From the human T2T-CHM13v2.0 reference genome, Homo sapiens, in assembly GCF_009914755.1 (NCBI RefSeq), contig NC_060928.1: a stretch of DNA of 64,000 nt; one strand, written 5' to 3'. This document shows, piece by piece, positions 58,036-64,000 of the stretch (positions are counted from its first letter, which is position 1; every line of letters starts with the position of its first letter). The notes below the pieces were generated by a model, which saw only the letters and a list, made by a program, of their open reading frames with translations, did not search any database and had not been told where the DNA came from. A program made the translations under genes and the position numbers.

Positions 58036-58414
58036 AAAAGAAGAGAAGAGAATGTGGCCAAGAGGCAAAGGAAGTCAGATGTGAGAACTACGAGTAGTGA
58101 GTTTTGATAATTTTTGAGTCCTTTGTAGTCCTTGAGGCCAACTCCACCCCAATATCTCAGTTTGATATCTCCAACAAGTCTGTGTTTTGCTTCAATGTGA
58201 GTTTCTGTCATTGCAACTGATTGACTCATGACAAATTTATGCCTCTAGTTCAAAACTCATGGGAAGCACTGCTCATAGACCTGGCTGTGAGTCTGGGCTA
58301 AGTTAAAGTACTTTGGTTTTAAAACTAACATTAAAAAAATTAAAAATCATATCACCTGTAAATGTACTAAGCAAGTTTATCATTTTAAAATGTAAGCTTA
58401 GCCATGAGGTTAGG

Positions 58415-58610
58415 AGGATGCAGTGTGGCGCCAGGGTGCCTTGGTGCAAATCTGAGTCCTTTCACTTAACTAGAGGATGATTCTGGCAAACCACTTCATC
58501 TGTCAGTGTCTCAGAGAGATGCTAACCAATCTATCTCACAGGATTGTTCTGAGGATTAAAGGAATTAATATCGGTACAAGTTAAAATAGTGCTTGGATCA
58601 TATCAGCTAT
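58415..58610 (+). mobile_element. MIR
   Basis: 'tgcaaatctgag...ctcacaggattgttctgaggattaaa'. Confidence 0.65.
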
Positions 58611-59594
58611 AAGACTTTATAAGATACTTGTATAAATTACTAAGATCTGTTTTGGGGGCTCTCAGTGCAGGCAGAGGCTTAAATTAATTTCACTCTTCTG
58701 TTTGTGGAAAAAGTAATAACCATTAATTAGTTACTTTACAAAAACTTTACTGGTAATTTAAAAATATTTTTAAGTAACTACTCTAGAATTTACCAACTTA
58801 ATATTGCCAGATTTTAATATATTGGGGTTGCTTCACACAAGATAAATCTACACACTTAGAATTAAAATATGGCACAATTTCCCTGATAAAATATGGCATG
58901 GTTTTATTTTGCTATAAAAGTATCCACAGAAATCCAGTATTATGGATGGAATGCAGCTTTTGCAAGCTATTTTATCATTGCCATTACCTTTTCTTTCAGT
59001 AATATTTTATGGAGGCTTATTTGGAAAGCTGGGGTTGAGGAGTGTTACAGGCCATAGCTGGTACTTTCACAATAGCAGGCCTGGTGAATTGAGAATGATG
59101 AAGGCAGCTGACTCTGCAGATAGTGAACAGAGCTTGAGAAATTATGAAGTATCAGGATTCCAAATCAGTAAAAGAGCTGGACTCCAGTGAGGAGATATTA
59201 ATAATTAGGTTACATTAATAAAATCTGTATCTGGCCAACTGACACTTTCTGAATCTCATTGAGGAGGATGTCAACTGTGTGATATGTCCTGGAATTAAAC
59301 ATAATCTGGGTGCATGTTGAGAAGGTACACCAGTTCTTGGTTAAATATGTGTAAAACTCTCAAGACTCAGCAAGGGAAAGATAGCCCAGAAATGTACACT
59401 TAAATGTTAATGCTTCTGCAAAGAATTGCAGATCCTCATACAAACATCTAAATGAACAACCTCTTAGCCTTAGCTCAGGCAGCATCTGCGTTATCATTAG
59501 TAAGGGATTGCCCTGACCTGCAACGAGAGTCTCTCGTAATATTCTCACAGCTAGTTGTTTTCAATTACTTCAACTTTTTCCCAAAACCAAGCTG

Positions 59595-59740
59595 CAGAAT
59601 GTCAGAGCCTGAGACAACTGGAGCAATCCTCTTCACTCCTTGCATTATTTTACAGATGAGGGAATGGAGGCTTAGAGAGGAAGAATGGTCCAAGATGGTG
59701 CAGCAAATGGCAGCCTCAGGAAGAGGATCCTGACCAGTTC
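59595..59740 (-). mobile_element. MIR
   Basis: 'attttacagatgaggga.tggaggcttagagagg'. Confidence 0.75.
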
Positions 59741-60879
59741 CCTGAAAGGTCATTATTAGTAATTATTAGTAATTACAATCATTATTAGTAATTAAAACAG
59801 AGGGGCAGTTTTCTCTGTGATGTGATTTGCATATGACCTACTAGCATTATTTGCAGATCCTACTGAATCAGTAAGTCCAAGGAATAGCTAACCAGGAATT
59901 TGAGCCAGCAGGGACAATCCTGCAAAAATGCAACTCCAGGACAGACCTGCCACTGTAACTGACATGGCAGTCTGACTTGTCACCCCTAAAGGAAGGCTTT
60001 CCAAAGGGTGGCTACCTGGGAACTGTCATGCTTGTCATCAAAACAGAGGGTAAAGCATTTTGTTAGATAAACCCAGCCTGTTTATAGTATTCTACAGTGT
60101 ATATAAAAGTCAGTGGTTGGTTACTAGCTTGTGGTAAATAGTTATAGGCAGGAAAATGCTATCCTATATGGTTGGCATAAAGTCTAAATGATATTTCCAC
60201 ATCTAAATGTACTCTCAAAGGTAATAACATGTTGCTCGTGATTACTGCAGAGCTGATAGCACTGCCAAGTTTAGATTTTTAAAACCATTCCTATTATAAG
60301 CTTTTTGACTCTTGACTGCTATGCAAGCTGGGGTTTTCTTACTAGCTGGCCTGTTGAAGAAATTGGAGCTGGGGTGCAAGAGAAGGTGTAAGGCAAGAAA
60401 ATAATTGTGATTTACATGTTATTTTATTTAGAAATTGAGCAAATATTTATAAGGAGAGAAATTCTCTGATACAGTTGTTATTGAAAGTAACTTTTAAAAG
60501 ACAAAGGCTTGATTCTTAAATGCTTCTTACCTGTATTTCCTTAATGTCGCCTTAATTTTCTACACATCCATGAGCACAATTTATTTTCTTGCTAGCCTTC
60601 TCTTTCTTTTTCTTTAGTCCTTCCAAATTTCCTTTCACAATATCTAGCTTGGAATCTAGGGTAGAGCTGAACGCCCGCGTGATCCCCAGCCACGAGGCAC
60701 TAGGTGTTAGTTCTGCTGCCTGGGTGGGTTTTCTTCTGTCCTTGACAATCCAGCTCTGATGCTATGGGGGACATGAGGCATAGGGTACAGTTGTGGTTGA
60801 TGTTTCCCTAGTCCTCTCCTGGGAATGATTGTGTGGCCAACTGAGACCATCAGCAGTGGCAGTGGCAGTGGCAGGTCAC

Positions 60880-61050
60880 ATAGTCTAGTGGGTGGAAAGA
60901 GCCCTGTACTCAGGGTAAGGTTAGCTGGGTTCTGGTCCTCACTTCTGTGTGGTCCTGGGCAGATCACTCAATTTCTCTGAGAATCTTTTTCCTCATCTAT
61001 TAAGTGACAGTGTTGGATGATGTAATCTCTAATTCCTTTCCATTTCCAAT
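60880..61050 (+). mobile_element. MIR
   Basis: 'gtggaaagagc...ctgggttctggtcct...tttcctcatctat'. Confidence 0.7.
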
Positions 61051-61636
61051 GTTCATGATTCAGGAGACTCAATTTGATCCAAGGCGTATCCAATTCTATT
61101 TAATAAGAGTCGTGTTATGATGGGATTCCTCTCTACATTCTCAAAAGAAAATAAAAATAGATATTTATTTTGGAGTTATAGTAATTGAATGTGACTGCTT
61201 TTGGTGAAATTCCAGAATCAGGGAGCTTACTAGGCATTAATGGAGGAGCATAATGAGCCGAGGTCTCAGTCTGATTTTTCATTTTAAATTGGATATGATT
61301 GTTTCATCTTGCACTTATGTACCCTGAAAATATCAGATAGCAACAGAGCACAGTCAGAATTCCATGCAAATCTGTTATTCTCATGGCAGGTAGAGTTGCG
61401 CAAGTCTCTAGAAGGGAGAGTATCATGGTAGTTAGTGGGGACCCCTGTCTCAAATGTCTCCTTAGTTAGTGTAAGGAGCTATAATCACTCCAGCTCTCTG
61501 TACTTCATTGCATGTGTTCACATAGATGAAAATTGTTGGACAAAACAGCCAAACTTGTGGTTGAAGCCTAGTGATTGGAGAGAAAAGACAGAACTAAATA
61601 AGAGCTCTCATTTATAAAATGTTGAAAAGAAAATCA

Positions 61637-61792
61637 GGCTGGGTGCAGTGGTTCATGCCTGTAATCACAAGGCTTTGGGAGGCTGAAGCATGAGGATTGC
61701 TTGAGCCTAGGAGTTTGAGGTTGTAGTGAGCTATGATTGCACTACTGCACTCCAGCCTGGGTGACAGAGTGAGATCCTAACTTAAAAAAAAA
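61637..61792 (+). mobile_element. FRAM/FAM free Alu monomer
   Basis: Single about 145-bp monomer with 'gaggttgtagtgagctatgattgca' and an A tail. Confidence 0.88.
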
Positions 61793-62719
61793 TGAGTACC
61801 ATCTAGGAATCTGATTCATACAATCATCTAAACCAGAGGATCTCAGCTTGATGTAAGGACACACTGGTGAGTCTCCATTTTTTTGGGATGTGTTGTGAAT
61901 AACGTGTTCAGATGTATTAGGTATAATAGATAAAGTAATCTAGTTGCAAAATTTCACATGAAAACAATTAGAGCAGATTCAAGGTTATCCCTTTAATATT
62001 TTTATTTCTTTCATTTGAAGTCCAGTGTTTTTAAAAGTGAGAGGAAAAGGGGGTTTAATTACAACTAGGGTACAGGGAACTATGTATTACTCTGGGGGTT
62101 TCCATGGGACTGAGTCTTGCATATGAACTCATCTTGCCTGGCAGGAAAAAAAAAGTTGAAAACTGCTGAACTAAAAGATCACTTGTGAATCTCATAGCAA
62201 CCTAGATTGAGCAATCACTAGGGACTCAGTGAGTACTAAAATTGATACATGTATCATTATTTGTCACTGGGGTGATCACACACACACATTCAACTTGCCT
62301 TTATATATAAGGTACACATATTCACTGTAAATGAATATTTAGATATTTGGAATATTTAGATATAAAAAGTAAATCATAATCCCAGGTGCAATCATAGTAA
62401 TCTATCTCTAAGAATTACTCTGATAATTAAATGAGTGAATATAGCTGTCAAATAGTACAGCTGTGCCTGGCCCAGAGCCAGTAAGCACATCTGAGTGTAA
62501 ACTGGGATCATGATCATGAACTCGGGCAAACATCGTTTTGATTAGCCCTATAGCTGCTCCTCCTCCAGCGTTTCCTAACTCAGTAAGTGGCACTCTCATG
62601 TTTTAAAGTTATTCAGGCCGAAACTTCACTCTTTCTATGTCTCTCACTGTGTAACCAGTACATTAGATAATCCTACTGATATTACCTTTAATATATATCC
62701 ATGCATCATACAAAGATTA

Positions 62720-62960
62720 ATAATTAATTGAAACAATGTCTTATTAATGAAACTTTGGATTGATTTCAAATTTTTCCCATCATAAAAACTGCTGGCGTAA
62801 GCATCTTTAGGAACACTCCTAATTACCACAGGATAAGTTGTTGGAAGTGAAGGGTGACCTCAGATATAATTATTTGCAGGCTTTTACTACACTACAGAGT
62901 CCCAGATTCTCTTTTAGGGTAGTTGTGCCATATCTGATTCCACCATCAATATAGAGACAA
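62720..62960 (-). mobile_element. Old L1ME fragment
   Basis: 'ttggattgatttcaaatttt...ctgctg..gtaagcatc...ttcccaccatcaat' antisense L1M pattern. Confidence 0.5.
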
Positions 62961-63567
62961 CCTTTATTATAAAGCTTGCATTTGCATAGAAAGATTCCAG
63001 AGGTGGAGTTTTATTTATTGAGCTTGAATTGCACCAGAAAAGGTCAAGTATACTCAGCAGCATTTCAGATGTTTTGGGGGTGGCAAATATGAAAAAATAT
63101 GATGGAGATAATTTTGATTTGAAGCATTAATGCACTTTTGGACTGTCGATTTGCAGAACAGTGAAAGGACTGACAGTCCTCAAAGCCAGGCAAGCACAGC
63201 AACCACTCTTCTCCCAAATGCAAAAACCCTGTAAGACAAACTATTTCTAAAGCTGATAATTCTGCCCTAACACAGGATGGTTACATCACCTCAAGTTTGA
63301 GTAAGGAGGAAAGAGAGATTTTTCCAGGAAATACTGCATGATTTCAAGGATTCTTGAGCAAAGATTGACAGAGAACATTCGTGAAGATGTATATAGGCAG
63401 TTCAGTCTTGCTTGCATGACTTTCTCTAAGATATACCAGCCCCCACGATCCAAGTGTTTCCCTTGTAATGTTGGTTAAAATCAGAGATTCCCATGCCAAG
63501 TATGAATGAGTTAAAAAATGTGCATTTTTGTGGTGCTTTATCTATTGGTCTTTAATAGACTTTTAAC

Positions 63568-63610
63568 AGAAGTGGGAATAGAAGTGGGAATAGAAGTGGG
63601 AATGGAAGTG
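63568..63610. repeat. (AGAAGTGGGAAT)x3 plus partial copy
   Basis: Three perfect 12-bp units followed by ggaagtg. Confidence 0.95.
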
Positions 63611-64000
63611 AATCACCCTGCTGGCCCTAAGGAGGCCTAGTAGCCACCTGGTTTAATACTTATGGTTAGAAATATAGAACTACCCTTGCAGTTTTGTGCA
63701 ACTTGTGTTCAGAGAGCAGGGCTGGAAAAATTTGATATTCCAGAGGGCCTGCAGTAGGTTCTTCAGAAATTCCTGTGAGCCAGTGTCAGGAGAACAAGGA
63801 AGACTGTTACAGGAAAGCTATGAATGTCTGTAGAATTGTACCCTTTTCTCTTATCCCTATTCTATTGCTTGGGGACTTTGGTGTTGTTTTTTTTTCTGAG
63901 GATCCGAGGGTCGGGGGTGGTATTAGATCTGTGTTTCCTGGACATAGGGCCATAGCCTCCTCATACTCACACATGCTCGTCCTCTTAAACCTGGCAAGAG

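Noticed and set aside
57251-58229. Minus-strand 209-aa and 123-aa ORFs with ORF2-like peptides
   Set aside because: They are chimeras of the inverted L1 fragment with flanking sequence and are separated by a frameshift.
58758-58773. 16-bp perfect palindrome ttaaaaatatttttaa
   Set aside because: It consists only of A/T in an AT-rich context and is likely by chance.

Overview
This is AT-rich, CpG-depleted primate (human-like) non-coding DNA, intronic or intergenic, and densely filled with interspersed repeats: Alu/FLAM/FRAM, MIR, L2, old L1M, MaLR and ERVL LTRs, MER20, Tigger2 and a half MADE1. I found no host protein-coding gene, RNA gene, CpG island or CRISPR array, and I could not identify the locus. 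The only long ORF (49196-51433) is a decayed LINE-1 ORF2 inside a 5'-inverted L1PA insertion with a 16-bp TSD. A second short 5'-inverted L1PA lies at 57463-58035. The least explained structures are three local rearrangements: a near-perfect double hairpin replacing the core of a MIR (11711-11842), a nested palindrome (46415-46578), and an ungapped 105-bp direct repeat 1080 bp apart that brackets that palindrome. There is also a multi-layer nested transposon cluster (36.4-37.6 kb) and several + strand exon-like segments. The sequence does not support a new biological system; the findings are leads. Repeat subfamily names come from recalled consensus sequences, and boundaries of old repeats are approximate (tens of bp). 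Mismatch counts were done by eye.
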